Positions 16,755-27,039 of a stretch of DNA of 64,000 nt are shown here, one piece after another. Made by a program: the position numbers and the translations under genes. The first letter of the stretch is position 1. Each line of letters starts with the position of its first letter. The notes under the pieces are model-generated. The model saw only the letters and a list, made by a program, of their open reading frames with translations. It made no database searches and was not told the DNA's origin. Source of the stretch: an uncultured delta proteobacterium (lineage in GTDB: Bacteria; Bdellovibrionota; FAC87; UBA2466); the NCBI GenBank assembly GCA_963778115.1, contig CAVZSV010000004.1, positions 288,001-352,000 on the forward strand, in the 5' to 3' direction.

Positions 16755-18146
16755 TCAAACCAAAGTATCGAGTCTGCGACGTTGTTGAAGGGCGGAAGGC
16801 GCCCAAGCTGCCAACAGGTAAAGAAAAGGATAAAACGGGAAGTTGCGTCGTTCTTCTCCCATCGCAGTATAAGCTCCCGCTACCGTATAGACGATCAAGG
16901 CTAAGACAATAAAGATAGCAATCGGGTTTCTCGATCGTAAGGCGTGAAATGAAAAGTAAGCGAAAAGGATTAACTCGGCCGCATGAAATCCCAAGAGAGC
17001 CAAATCGCAAACTAATTCGTATCGAATTTTTGCTTCAAGCTCGTGCCGTTGAATTAGCGAGCTCCATCCTGCCGAAAAGAGATCAGGTCTCCACCAAGGG
17101 GCGATATTCATCCACTGCGTCACCGCTCTAATCGCGGGCAGTTTCACATAGTAGGAAAAGAGATTCTCTTTTTTTCGCTGATTGGCTAATGTTTTCCACT
17201 GGACATCGGCTTGGTCCCAGCTCAGTTTTCCGGCTTGGCGATCGCTCACAAGCTCAAGAACTTTGCTTTTTTCCTCGGCGCTTGAAAAGGCATAGCTCGG
17301 GGCCGTTTTTAAAGTTTGCGGCATCCACAGATAAGAAATATGCCCTTCGTGCCGACTCCACGTTCGGAGCCATAGATTAAATCCACCTTGGAAATCGTTT
17401 TGCGGAAGTGCAAAGTAAATCCCAGGTTGCAACCTACCTGTCTGTTCCCAGCAAAATTTCTGCCAAGGAGCAATAACAATAAATCCTCCCAGCCAGAGAG
17501 CGCCTACAGCTCGAGGATTTAAACGCGATAAAAAGCTCAGTATCAAGAAGAGTCCCGCTACCAGTAGCAGCGTTGCCGGAGTCGTCATGAGCAAGACGGA
17601 GGAAGTCAATCCCAGTAGGAAAAGTAGTTCGGGTTGAGTGCGATTTCTTTCGTATATCGAAAGACAGTAGACCACGATACTCGACAAGAAGATCGAGAAG
17701 GTCTCTGAAAGAAGCTGCTGAAGCATACGGCCGGTAAAGGGAGAGGCGCACATAAGAAGGACAGCAACTACGGCCATGACCTTATGATGTTTTCGAAGCG
17801 CTATGTAGACCAAGTAACAGGATATCGTCGACAAGACGAACTGCACCCAGTAGACCGCTTCAACATTATGGAATAGCCGTAAAACCGCAGCCAGAAAAAT
17901 GGGATAACCCGGAGGGGGAGAAATGCCGACTCCGCCGGGCCAACTATAACGATGTCCGGATAGCAATCCTTCTGCCTGTTCGAAATAGCGTTGGGCGTCT
18001 CCGCTGCCTCCGCTCCGGTGCAGTAACATGTAAAAAAGGCGAAATGCAGGCGGGACCACTACCAACCAAAGAGGCAACGAGCCCACGTACTCAATAGCTC
18101 GACGCAATTTGTGAGGCAGAGCCAGCTGCTCCGTGCGGCTAACCAA
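16755..18146 (-). CDS. GT-C fold (ArnT/PMT-like) membrane glycosyltransferase
   Basis: GDAQRY, PPGYPIFLA and LLSET motifs; many transmembrane segments; adjacent to an epimerase. Confidence 0.7.
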   Translation of the reverse strand: MVSRTEQLALPHKLRRAIEYVGSLPLWLVVVPPAFRLFYMLLHRSGGSGDAQRYFEQAEGLLSGHRYSWPGGVGISPPPGYPIFLAAVLRLFHNVEAVYWVQFVLSTISCYLVYIALRKHHKVMAVVAVLLMCASPFTGRMLQQLLSETFSIFLSSIVVYCLSIYERNRTQPELLFLLGLTSSVLLMTTPATLLLVAGLFLILSFLSRLNPRAVGALWLGGFIVIAPWQKFCWEQTGRLQPGIYFALPQNDFQGGFNLWLRTWSRHEGHISYLWMPQTLKTAPSYAFSSAEEKSKVLELVSDRQAGKLSWDQADVQWKTLANQRKKENLFSYYVKLPAIRAVTQWMNIAPWWRPDLFSAGWSSLIQRHELEAKIRYELVCDLALLGFHAAELILFAYFSFHALRSRNPIAIFIVLALIVYTVAGAYTAMGEERRNFPFYPFLYLLAAWAPSALQQRRRLDTLV

Positions 18147-18265
18147 GAGATCCCCCCGTAATTTCAGATGTTCTCAGATGACAAATGATCTCAAAAGACA
18201 AAGACCTACCTTAAGTTATCGGTTTTTTTTTTACTTCTCTGGAGGGTTAGGGTTAAACGAGCTAC

Positions 18266-19855
18266 ATGGCGAACCAGCAACCGTTAGCAGTTAACACACT
18301 AGGTCAAATTGGACTTCCTGAGCCGGTCAGCTCCTTGGCGAAACGCCATTGGGATGCCCTTATTATCGGGGCGGGGCATAACGGCCTTGCTTGTGCTACC
18401 TACTTAGCCAAAGCGGGGAAAAAAGTGTTAGTCCTGGAATCCAGAGATCGCGTTGGTGGCGCCAATACGATGGAAGAGGTCTATCCGGGAGTCGTAATGT
18501 CTCCGTGCGCTTATGTAGTGGGGCTCTTGCATCCCTTGGTTTTGACGGAACTAGGAATGAAGCAAAAAGGTTTTCGTTGGATTCCCGCCACAGGCGGATC
18601 GTTTATTCCGTTTGAAGACGGCACGAGTCTACGCCTTCCCTATGATGACGACGAATGCAGCCAAGCGGTCAAATCCTTTGCACCCGAAGATGTCCAAGGA
18701 TGGAAAGCGATGCATGAATTGCAAAGTGATCTACGTGCCGCTCTTCGCCCCCCGGGGCCCAATGACATTTGGATAGGCCCCTCGCTCACTCGAGAGCAGA
18801 TCGAAACTCGTATCCGTCATATTCCCAACGGCAGCAAGTTGATGTTTGAATGGTCGATGGTGGAGTTTCTCGAGCATTATCTTAAGAACGAAAAGATGCA
18901 GATGGCCTATTTGGGCCAAGGAATTATTGGAACCAAAGCTAGTCCTCACGATCCGGGAACGGCTTATATCAACTTTCATCATACTTGCGGAACGATGGAC
19001 GGCGAAGCGGGTACTTGGGGCTATGTCGTCGGCGGAATGGGTATGGTTTCTTTTCTGTTGGCCGACATCGCGCGTGAGGCAGGGGTGGCGATTGCCACCG
19101 GAGTTCGAGTAAGTGAAATTCTTCCCGGAGAAGGGGTTCGTCTTGAAGGGGGAGAAAAAATAATAAGTCCCGTGGTCATTTCCAACGCGGATCCCAAATC
19201 AACCCTTCGACTCCTGGGAAGCCGTGCCGAGAATGGCTGGCAAAAGCGGGTTGAACAAATTCCCATGGAAGGCTGTACGGTCAAAGTAAATGCCGTGCTA
19301 AGCGAGCTGCCAAATTTTAAGTCGCGACCTGGAACCAAAGAGCCTCACCATTTCGGACATATCAATACGCCGCTTACCAAAAGTGGGTTTCAAGAATGTT
19401 TCGAAGTTTCCGAGCGGGGGGAATTAGCTGACCAACTTTGGACCGAGATCTATTTACAAACCCCTCACGATCCGAGTGTTGCCCCTTCTGGGCTCCACAC
19501 GATGAGCGTTTTCGCCCAGTATGTCCCCTACCATTTCAAACAGGGGACTTGGGACGACCATCGGGAAAAGGTCGGAGACAGAGTGATTGAGTCGATCGCA
19601 AAATATTGCACGAACCTTCCTCAGGCGATTCTCCACAGAGATGTCTTGGGGCCTCCAGATATAGAATCAAAGTTGGGGCTGACCGGAGGCCATATCTTTC
19701 ACGGAGAGGTACTGCCGTCGAATATGTGGGACCGGCGATTAGACGCCCGCACTCCCATGCCGGGGGTCTTTCTATGTGGAGCAGGCACTCATCCTGGCGG
19801 GAGTGTGATGGGGATTAATGGGAGAAATGCGGCGATGGCGGTTTTGGGGGCTTAA
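18266..19855 (+). CDS. Phytoene desaturase-like FAD oxidoreductase (COG1233/PYROXD2-like)
   Basis: GAGHNGL, GGMG, DPSVAP, GLTGGHIFHG and GAGTHPGGSVMG motifs. Confidence 0.9.
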   Translation: MANQQPLAVNTLGQIGLPEPVSSLAKRHWDALIIGAGHNGLACATYLAKAGKKVLVLESRDRVGGANTMEEVYPGVVMSPCAYVVGLLHPLVLTELGMKQKGFRWIPATGGSFIPFEDGTSLRLPYDDDECSQAVKSFAPEDVQGWKAMHELQSDLRAALRPPGPNDIWIGPSLTREQIETRIRHIPNGSKLMFEWSMVEFLEHYLKNEKMQMAYLGQGIIGTKASPHDPGTAYINFHHTCGTMDGEAGTWGYVVGGMGMVSFLLADIAREAGVAIATGVRVSEILPGEGVRLEGGEKIISPVVISNADPKSTLRLLGSRAENGWQKRVEQIPMEGCTVKVNAVLSELPNFKSRPGTKEPHHFGHINTPLTKSGFQECFEVSERGELADQLWTEIYLQTPHDPSVAPSGLHTMSVFAQYVPYHFKQGTWDDHREKVGDRVIESIAKYCTNLPQAILHRDVLGPPDIESKLGLTGGHIFHGEVLPSNMWDRRLDARTPMPGVFLCGAGTHPGGSVMGINGRNAAMAVLGA

Positions 19856-19916
19856 TCCTTCAGCCTTAGGGATTCCACGACGCAGGTGCATGGTGAAAAC
19901 GCGCATGCAAAAAGAC

Positions 19917-19961
19917 TGTCATTTCGAGCAACAGAAGCGGAGCGACTCAACGAAGCAATCT
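19917..19961 (+). repeat. Degenerate REP-like element (GTCATT-CGAGC...CGAAGCAATCT type)
   Basis: TGTCATTTCGAGC...GCGGAGCGA...CGAAGCAATCT, located between convergent genes. Confidence 0.45.
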
Positions 19962-20040
19962 GTAGAACAAAAGGACTGCGACACCACTTAGGCACTGTAA
20001 GAATTCAGCTGCTTAACCGCGACGTTAATGCACCCCCTCT

Positions 20041-20655
20041 TCAAATCCCCGCAAACCGCTGCCTAATAATCCTCTCTACCCTCTCCTGATACTCCGGATA
20101 AAGGACCTGCGCGTAGCCTCTTAACTGAACAATCACTTCCCCGTTTCCCTTTGTCAGTCGCGGAACGTCTTCTAACTTTTGCAAGATCTCAACCCCAGCC
20201 TCCATCGCGTAAACGGTGCCGTGAACTTGATCGAGATACGACAATATCGCAAGCGCCGTCCTTAAATTTTTCATAATGGAGAAGACCCGTGGTCTGGGAT
20301 CAAATTCTCGACTTACTTTGGAAAATATTTTTTCGTGCCGTTTGGGATTTGCCCCAAAAACTAAAATGTAGACAAGAAGTCTCTGATCGAGACCGGGGCT
20401 ATTTAATATTTGAGGAGATCGTCGTTCAAACGTGGCTTCATCGGTTTCATCGAGCCACCCCACCGAATCTTGAAGCAAAATACCGGGAGTCAGAACGGCG
20501 ACACCCTCTTCATCGATATTTTTGACATCTCCCGTCCAAGCCGAGGCAATAAGCCTAGCTTTGCAAAGGACGTCAGCTTCCAGAGCCGCCGCTCCCCCGG
20601 CCTCGCTAAGCAGGCCACACGAGATGACAAGCACTATAAACATTCGGATTTGCAT
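20041..20655 (-). CDS. Secreted hypothetical protein
   Basis: 204-aa ORF with an N-terminal hydrophobic signal. Confidence 0.65.
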   Translation of the reverse strand: MQIRMFIVLVISCGLLSEAGGAAALEADVLCKARLIASAWTGDVKNIDEEGVAVLTPGILLQDSVGWLDETDEATFERRSPQILNSPGLDQRLLVYILVFGANPKRHEKIFSKVSREFDPRPRVFSIMKNLRTALAILSYLDQVHGTVYAMEAGVEILQKLEDVPRLTKGNGEVIVQLRGYAQVLYPEYQERVERIIRQRFAGI

Positions 20656-20735
20656 CGAGCCGCTAAACCTACCACAAGTCTCCCGTCACTTGCTAGCCTT
20701 ACGCAAGCCTGGTAGAAGGCTCGACTGAGGTAAAC

Positions 20736-21737
20736 GTGAACATTCATCCATTTATTGTCGGTAGCGGCTCCTCATCAGCAGCCATGCAGAAAGCACTCTT
20801 TACCGTGGCGCTACTCAATCCCCAGTGGAAGATGATGCCAGCTCGAAAGATCGCCCGAGGCGAAAAGCTCCCTAAACCGAATTCGAGTGCCACTGATCTG
20901 TCTTTGCTCTGTCTCGCCAATCCCCATGCTCTTCATGCTAAGGGTTTGAAACAGGCCGCTGAGATGGGATTTCGAGCCATTCTCTGCGAGAAACCGGTCT
21001 GCGTATCGTTAGAGGAAGTTTCCCAACTTCGTCAATTCCCTCCGCAAATCGAAGTCGGAGTTTGCCACGGCTATCGAGTGATGTGGGGACCCAAAGAGTT
21101 ACGACGATTGATCGTAAGCGCAGAGATGGGAAAAATTATCAGCATCGAGGGGAGGTATTGGCAATCCTCTGCCGCCCAGAAAGCATTGCTAGCACAGCCT
21201 CCCTCTTTAAATTGGAAAAATGATACGGCCCTCTCTGGAAAATACGACGTCGTCACCGATTTGGGATCGCACTGGACCGATCTGATGTTTTTTCTAGCCG
21301 GTGAAAAGTGCCAAACGGCCAGTGGCTGGAAATCTTATATTAACAGCGAAGTATCCCACAGGGACACCCATGTCCATCTCACTTTAGATTTTGCGACAGT
21401 GGGAAAGACCTTTGGCTCCATTTCCAAAACCGTACACGGAAGAGGAAATCATCTTGAAGTGAATGTCATCGGAGAGAAATTGTGTGCGAGCTGGTCGTTC
21501 GAAGATCCCGATACGCTACGGATTGGCCGAGGAGACCAGACCCATTGGCGAAGCCGACCAAGAGAGGCGAAAGTAGGTTCCGGGCAGTCCCCTTTTCACG
21601 GGATGGGCTGGCTAGAAGGATATGTGGAGATAGCCCACCAGCTTCTGCGAAAGGCCACCGGAGAGTCTTCCACTGACTTTCCCTCTCTGGGCCAAGCGCT
21701 TGATGTCATCGAGACCCTCCTTAGAATAAGCATGTAA
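20736..21737 (+). CDS. Gfo/Idh/MocA family oxidoreductase
   Basis: NPHALH, CEKP and DLGSHWTD motifs. Confidence 0.85.
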   Translation: MNIHPFIVGSGSSSAAMQKALFTVALLNPQWKMMPARKIARGEKLPKPNSSATDLSLLCLANPHALHAKGLKQAAEMGFRAILCEKPVCVSLEEVSQLRQFPPQIEVGVCHGYRVMWGPKELRRLIVSAEMGKIISIEGRYWQSSAAQKALLAQPPSLNWKNDTALSGKYDVVTDLGSHWTDLMFFLAGEKCQTASGWKSYINSEVSHRDTHVHLTLDFATVGKTFGSISKTVHGRGNHLEVNVIGEKLCASWSFEDPDTLRIGRGDQTHWRSRPREAKVGSGQSPFHGMGWLEGYVEIAHQLLRKATGESSTDFPSLGQALDVIETLLRISM

Positions 21738-21793
21738 TTTTAATTAGTTAACTTGAGGACTCAAGTTACGACGCACAGCACCGAAAAGTAAGG

Positions 21794-22690
21794 GTGCAAA
21801 ACTTCTATGACATTTTGGGAGTGCCTCCGACGGCTAGCACCAAAGAGATTCGTTGGGCCTATCGTAGACTCGCGTTTGTCTGCCATCCCGATCGTAATCC
21901 GAGTGATCCCAGTAGTGATGAAATCTTGAAGTTAGCCAATGAGGCTTACCACACGCTAGTCGATCCGCTTACACGCGAAAAATACGACGCTGCTATCTTG
22001 GGAAATCAAGAGCGTTCAGAAGAAGGGCTGACCTCTGCAATGGCCTATCGGGGAGAAACTTTCGCGGGATCCACATCGCTCTTTGGAATAGGAGTCAAAG
22101 AGACGGCACTGTTGTCCTTAACTCTTCTGGGAGCTTTCCCCGTCATTTTTCTTTCCGATCTCTTTCTTCCTCAAGTGACGTTTCTGACCTCACTCTTTGA
22201 AGTCTGGGGGGTGACCTTGCTGGCCGGAGGATTTAGTCGCGCCAGTGCCTTACGCCACGGACTTTCACGAATTGAACTTGGCCTTGCGGGTTTAGTGGGA
22301 GGACTGCTGACGTCCACCCTCTTATTTCATCCCCAAGACGAATTTCTCCCCTTCTTGGCCATCACAAAGATTGCGCTAGCGGCAGGAGTCGGAGGCTGGC
22401 TGTCGGGAATGATTGCCGCCAGAGTTTCAGGGCGTCTCGTCCCCAAACCTCTCATGGTGACTTTGGGAGTGGCCACTTTACTCGGAGCCTTGATGGGTGC
22501 TTTTACTGGTGGTTTCGCTTCCTATCTTTTGAGCAGTGGAGCACTCAACGAATATTTGATCAACGCCCTTAGTCCCGGGCAGACTCCCTCCGACTATGCG
22601 GCATTTCTTTTGGGGGCCATAGGCGGAGCGACCGGTGGTTCGGTTCTCGCGACCACTCTTTGCTGCAAAGCCCTCACGGGCGATCCCTAA
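21794..22690 (+). CDS. J-domain (DnaJ) membrane protein
   Basis: FYDILGV, HPDRN, NEAYHTL; Gly-rich transmembrane C-terminal region. Confidence 0.85.
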   Translation: MQNFYDILGVPPTASTKEIRWAYRRLAFVCHPDRNPSDPSSDEILKLANEAYHTLVDPLTREKYDAAILGNQERSEEGLTSAMAYRGETFAGSTSLFGIGVKETALLSLTLLGAFPVIFLSDLFLPQVTFLTSLFEVWGVTLLAGGFSRASALRHGLSRIELGLAGLVGGLLTSTLLFHPQDEFLPFLAITKIALAAGVGGWLSGMIAARVSGRLVPKPLMVTLGVATLLGALMGAFTGGFASYLLSSGALNEYLINALSPGQTPSDYAAFLLGAIGGATGGSVLATTLCCKALTGDP

Positions 22691-22693
22691 GCT

Positions 22694-23242
22694 TTAGAAA
22701 CCTAGTTGAAGACGGGCGGCTTCCGACATCATGCTTCGATCCCAGGGCGGCTCAAACGTCACGTCAACCTTTACCCCTTCTACTCCCGGGAGCGATTGGA
22801 CTTTACGCTCAATATCGCTTCGTAGGATATCTCCCATCCCGCATCCAGGGGCTGTCAGCGTAAATTGGACTTCCACCTGAAATTTACCCGAATCCGTAGC
22901 AGTGGCCCGGCAGACATAGACAAGTCCCAGATCAACCATGTTCACCGGAATCTCAGGATCGTAACAAGTCTTTAACTGTTCCCAAACGTGTGATTCCATC
23001 TGCTGCGCGGAAGCAGCTACCGGCGTCTCTACGATATTCTGTCCCGGGGTCTTGCCGATAGCATCAGCATCTCGATCGTCGATTCTGACCATCGCCCCCC
23101 AATCCGTAATAAGCGTATAGGTTCCTCCCAGAGCCTGCGATACGCGAACGGTGGAACCCGCGGTCAGCCGCAGTTTTTCGCCGCCCGGAATCTGAATGAC
23201 ATCGCAATCACGCGTTAACTGAATAGGTGGTTCGTAACTCAT
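22694..23242 (-). CDS. sufT: Fe-S assembly protein SufT (DUF59)
   Basis: YDPEIPVN, TLTAPGCGMG, PPWDRSMMSEAARLQLG; last gene of the suf operon. Confidence 0.9.
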   Translation of the reverse strand: MSYEPPIQLTRDCDVIQIPGGEKLRLTAGSTVRVSQALGGTYTLITDWGAMVRIDDRDADAIGKTPGQNIVETPVAASAQQMESHVWEQLKTCYDPEIPVNMVDLGLVYVCRATATDSGKFQVEVQFTLTAPGCGMGDILRSDIERKVQSLPGVEGVKVDVTFEPPWDRSMMSEAARLQLGF

Positions 23243-23251
23243 TCTGTAACT

Positions 23252-23698
23252 TCACTCGGTCGAAACCGGCTCCTCTTTGGAATCTAAAGCTGCTTTTAAC
23301 GTATGCCAGGCGAGACTCGCGCACTTTACCCGCGCCGGAAATTCCGCGACCCCGGCAAAGACATCGAGCTTTCCCATACTCTCGGCATTCGGCGCCTCTT
23401 TTCCACTAACCATATTTCTAAAGCGCTCAAATAGTTGAAGTGCCTCTTGCTGGGTCTTTCCCTTTATGACTGTCGTCATAATTGATGCCGAGGCTTTGGA
23501 GATTGCACACCCGGAGCCCTGAAAAGCGGCTTCAGTAATCTTATCGCCTTCTAATTTTAGAGCGATGGTCAATTTGTCACCACAAAGCGGATTGTGGCCC
23601 GCGGCAAAACGATCGGGATTTTTAATCTCTACGTAGTTTCTTGGACTCTTGTTATGGTCCAAAATAACTTCTTGATAAAGTTCTCTGACAGAACTCAT
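23252..23698 (-). CDS. sufU: SUF system NifU-like sulfur transfer protein
   Basis: LYQEVILDH, NPLCGD, GCAIS and RVKCA motifs. Confidence 0.93.
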   Translation of the reverse strand: MSSVRELYQEVILDHNKSPRNYVEIKNPDRFAAGHNPLCGDKLTIALKLEGDKITEAAFQGSGCAISKASASIMTTVIKGKTQQEALQLFERFRNMVSGKEAPNAESMGKLDVFAGVAEFPARVKCASLAWHTLKAALDSKEEPVSTE

Positions 23699-24960
23699 TT
23701 TTCAAAGACCCCTTTCACCCGATAGATCGCTTCCACCAGCTTATCTATCTCAGCTTTAGTGTTGTAAAAGGAGAATGACGCTCTACAGGTCGCCGCTATT
23801 TGAAATCTGTCCATCACCGGTTGAGCGCAATGGTGTCCAGTGCGGATGGCAATTCCCTCTTCGTCCAGCAAGGAGCCAACGTCGTGAGGGTGAATATCCC
23901 CCACCAAAAAGGAAAGGACCGCCGCTTTCTTGGCCGCCGTTCCGATTAAGCGAATGCCGGGAATCGACTCAAGTTTAGAAGTTGCGTATTCGAGCAATTC
24001 ATTTTCATAGTGAGCGATATTTTCCAGACCCAATTTTTCCAAGTAGTCCACCGCCGCCCCCATTCCAATACCACCTGCGATATGAGGAGTTCCGGCTTCA
24101 AACTTATAGGGCAAGCCATTATAGGTGGTGCGCTCAAAGGTGACTGAGCTAATCATATCTCCTCCACCTTGGTACGGCGGCATTTTCTCTAAAAGAGCCG
24201 CTTTACCGTACAAGACTCCAACACCGGTAGGGCCATACATTTTGTGGCTCGAAAAAACATAAAAGTCGCAGTCCAGTCGGGAAACGTCCACTTTCGCATG
24301 GGGAACGGCTTGAGCCCCGTCGATAAGGACCGGAATCTTTCGTCGATGGGCCCCCGCAATGATATCTTCAATGGGATTGATGCTACCTAACGCATTGGAC
24401 ACATGGGCCACCGCCACGAGCTTCGTTCGCCCAGTCAAAAGTCTTTCGTACTCCGACATCTCAAGCTCGCCATTGTCATTCATGGGAATGATAACGAGCT
24501 TTGCCCCCTTTTCCTCGCAGAGCATCTGCCAAGGAACGATGTTGGAATGATGTTCGAGTGCAGAGACTAAGATCTCATCATTTCGACCGACATTCATTCG
24601 TCCATACGACGAAGCCACCAGATTGATCCCTTCCGTGGCTCCCCTCACAAAAATAATCTCGCGCGACTCTTTGGCGTTAATAAAACGACGAATCTTTTCC
24701 CGCGACTCTTCATAATGACGGGTAGCTCTTTCGCTAAGGGTATGCACTCCGCGATGAATGTTAGAACAGTCTTCGGCATAAAATCGCGATACCGTCTCAA
24801 TGACGGACATCGGTTTCTGACTAGTAGCCGCATTATCAAAATAGACGAGCGGTTTTTGATGGACTTTCTGAGCAAGTGCCGGAAAGTCACGCCGTATCTG
24901 AGCTATATCAAGAGAGGTCGAAAAAGGCGCTGCACTGGAATTTCTTGGATTAGCCGACAT
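23695..24960 (-). CDS. sufS: Cysteine desulfurase SufS
   Basis: YFDNAATSQKP, EHHSN, SSHKMYGPTG and RTGHHCAQP motifs; start taken at MSANPRN (24960). Confidence 0.96.
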   Translation of the reverse strand: MSANPRNSSAAPFSTSLDIAQIRRDFPALAQKVHQKPLVYFDNAATSQKPMSVIETVSRFYAEDCSNIHRGVHTLSERATRHYEESREKIRRFINAKESREIIFVRGATEGINLVASSYGRMNVGRNDEILVSALEHHSNIVPWQMLCEEKGAKLVIIPMNDNGELEMSEYERLLTGRTKLVAVAHVSNALGSINPIEDIIAGAHRRKIPVLIDGAQAVPHAKVDVSRLDCDFYVFSSHKMYGPTGVGVLYGKAALLEKMPPYQGGGDMISSVTFERTTYNGLPYKFEAGTPHIAGGIGMGAAVDYLEKLGLENIAHYENELLEYATSKLESIPGIRLIGTAAKKAAVLSFLVGDIHPHDVGSLLDEEGIAIRTGHHCAQPVMDRFQIAATCRASFSFYNTKAEIDKLVEAIYRVKGVFEK

Positions 24961-26263
24961 TTGCCCCCATCCCTTCCGCGTTAAGTACCGCCTGGACTCG
25001 ATGCGATAGCGCTTCACGGAGTTCGGAGTTTGAAACCTGCTCAAGCATTTCCGAAGCAAAAGCAACCGTGAGCATATGCCTTGCTTCACCGACCGAAATT
25101 CCCCGCGATCGCAAGTAAAACAGAGCCTCTTCATCCATACGCCCTACGGTAGCCCCGTGGCTGCACTTCACGTCGTTAGCCAAAATTTCTAATTGCGGTT
25201 TGGTATTGATCTGAGCATCCGTCGAAAGGAGCAAATTACGACTCATCTGCTTGGCATCGGTCTTCTGAGCGTCTTTTCGAACGATGACCTTTCCCTGGAA
25301 GACACCGGTCGATTTTTCCTGGAGTATCCCCTTATAGAGTTCGGTGCTCGACGTCTGTGGGACTGAATGATCCACCACCGTGTAATGATCTAAATGACGC
25401 TCTTTATTACCCACAAAAAGGCCGTTAAGCCGGCAGCTGGCTCCTTCCCCGTCCAAATAAGAGCTGATTTCACTTCGAGCAAGTTGAGCTCCCAAGGCAA
25501 ATACGTTCGAACAAAACCTAGAATCCTTATCCTGGGTCACCTTAATTTCCGAGTAGTGGGTAGCCTCGAGAGATTCGTCTTGGATCTTGTGATGTGTCAG
25601 TTGACTATTCTCTCCCAGAAACACTTCCGAAATTCCATTCGTAAAATAGCAACCGGAATTAGCCGATACATAATTTTCAATCAGTACCAGTTCGCTGTTT
25701 TTTTCGACGATCACAAGGACTCTGGGATAGGTCACAATGGGCTTTTCCCCTGACTTCGTATCGGTGGCAAAAACCAGCTCCACAGGCAAATCCGCGACGG
25801 TACCCTTTTCCACATGAATGATGAGACCATCTTGAAAAGCGGCCAAATTGAGCGCTGACAGAGAACTATCTTCTTTGCGTAAGAGGCTGCCCAGCAAAGA
25901 ACTCACTTCAAAACGATCGTGCGCAGTAGAGACTCGCCAAAGCGAGATTCCCTGAGCAAGTTTAGGAGCCTGCCCGACCGGAAAACCGTTGAGCACTATC
26001 TGCCGCGTCGACGTCTTTTCCGAGAGAAGTGCAAGTTTTCCCCATGCGGGATCAAAATCCTTTCTAACTTGCGACGTTTGAAATTTTAAACCAGAGATAG
26101 TGCGAAGGCTCGTATAGCGCCACGATTCTTGTTTCGTCGTGGGTAGCCCCTCAGCCTGGTATCTTTCCAACGCGGCTTCCCGCCTCTCTTTGAGATCGTT
26201 AGGCTCAGTGGCGTCGATCTGAGGTTCGGGAAAGCCATCATAATAGGGAGCCATCGTCGTCAT
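24950..26263 (-). CDS. sufD: Fe-S cluster assembly protein SufD
   Basis: ESWRYT, KPQLEILANDVKCSHGATVG and FYLRSRGI motifs. Confidence 0.95.
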   Translation of the reverse strand: MTTMAPYYDGFPEPQIDATEPNDLKERREAALERYQAEGLPTTKQESWRYTSLRTISGLKFQTSQVRKDFDPAWGKLALLSEKTSTRQIVLNGFPVGQAPKLAQGISLWRVSTAHDRFEVSSLLGSLLRKEDSSLSALNLAAFQDGLIIHVEKGTVADLPVELVFATDTKSGEKPIVTYPRVLVIVEKNSELVLIENYVSANSGCYFTNGISEVFLGENSQLTHHKIQDESLEATHYSEIKVTQDKDSRFCSNVFALGAQLARSEISSYLDGEGASCRLNGLFVGNKERHLDHYTVVDHSVPQTSSTELYKGILQEKSTGVFQGKVIVRKDAQKTDAKQMSRNLLLSTDAQINTKPQLEILANDVKCSHGATVGRMDEEALFYLRSRGISVGEARHMLTVAFASEMLEQVSNSELREALSHRVQAVLNAEGMGANVG

Positions 26264-27021
26264 CGAGACACCGCTTTTGGCTTTTCCAAATATTCGTCAT
26301 AACCCCGCGCTTCCAGTTCCAAAGCTAGCTCACGGCCTCCGGATTTTAGAATTTTCCCGCCACCTAATACATGTACGTAGTCGGGAACGATATAATCGAG
26401 CAGTCTCTGGTAATGGGTAATGACGAGAAAGGAACGCTTGGCATTTCTAAGCGCATTGACCCCGGAGGCGACCGTCTTTAATGCATCGATGTCTAGTCCA
26501 GAATCCGTCTCATCTAAAATAGAGAGCTTAGGCTCAAGCATCGCCATCTGAAAAATTTCATTCCGCTTTTTCTCGCCACCGGAGAAGCCGGAATTGACCG
26601 CGCGATCCATAAGGTCTCTTCCTAACTCCACCAACTTCATCTTTTCTTTGGCAAGGGCCAAGAACTCCACCGCGTCTAACTCTTCCTGATGCTGGTGCTT
26701 GCGAATGGCATTAACGGCCGCTTTTAAGAAGTACATATTGCCGACACCGGCAATCTCAACGGGATACTGGAAAGCCAAAAACACTCCCTCTCGGGCGCGC
26801 TCTTCGGGCGGTAATTTGAGTAAGTCTTTCCCCTCGAATAAGACCTCTCCTTTAGTCACATGATAATTCTCTCGTCCCGCAAGCACATGCGCCAGAGTAC
26901 TTTTCCCAGAGCCGTTTGGCCCCATGATGGCGTGCACTTCGCCGGCTTTTACTTCCAGATTGAGTCCCTTTAGGATTTCTCTGTCGCCCACCTTAGCGTG
27001 CAAATTTCGAATCGATAACAT
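26260..27021 (-). CDS. sufC: Fe-S cluster assembly ATPase SufC
   Basis: GPNGSGKST, FSGGEKKRNE, LDETDSGLD and ITHYQR motifs. Confidence 0.97.
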   Translation of the reverse strand: MLSIRNLHAKVGDREILKGLNLEVKAGEVHAIMGPNGSGKSTLAHVLAGRENYHVTKGEVLFEGKDLLKLPPEERAREGVFLAFQYPVEIAGVGNMYFLKAAVNAIRKHQHQEELDAVEFLALAKEKMKLVELGRDLMDRAVNSGFSGGEKKRNEIFQMAMLEPKLSILDETDSGLDIDALKTVASGVNALRNAKRSFLVITHYQRLLDYIVPDYVHVLGGGKILKSGGRELALELEARGYDEYLEKPKAVSR

Positions 27022-27039
27022 ACCTACTCCTAACAAAAA

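Noticed and set aside
24961..25134. N-terminal extension of SufS in the ORF track (similar extensions for MacB, TIGR02147 and the NtrC regulator)
   Set aside because: The extensions overlap upstream genes or promoters; downstream starts fit family length and RBS better.
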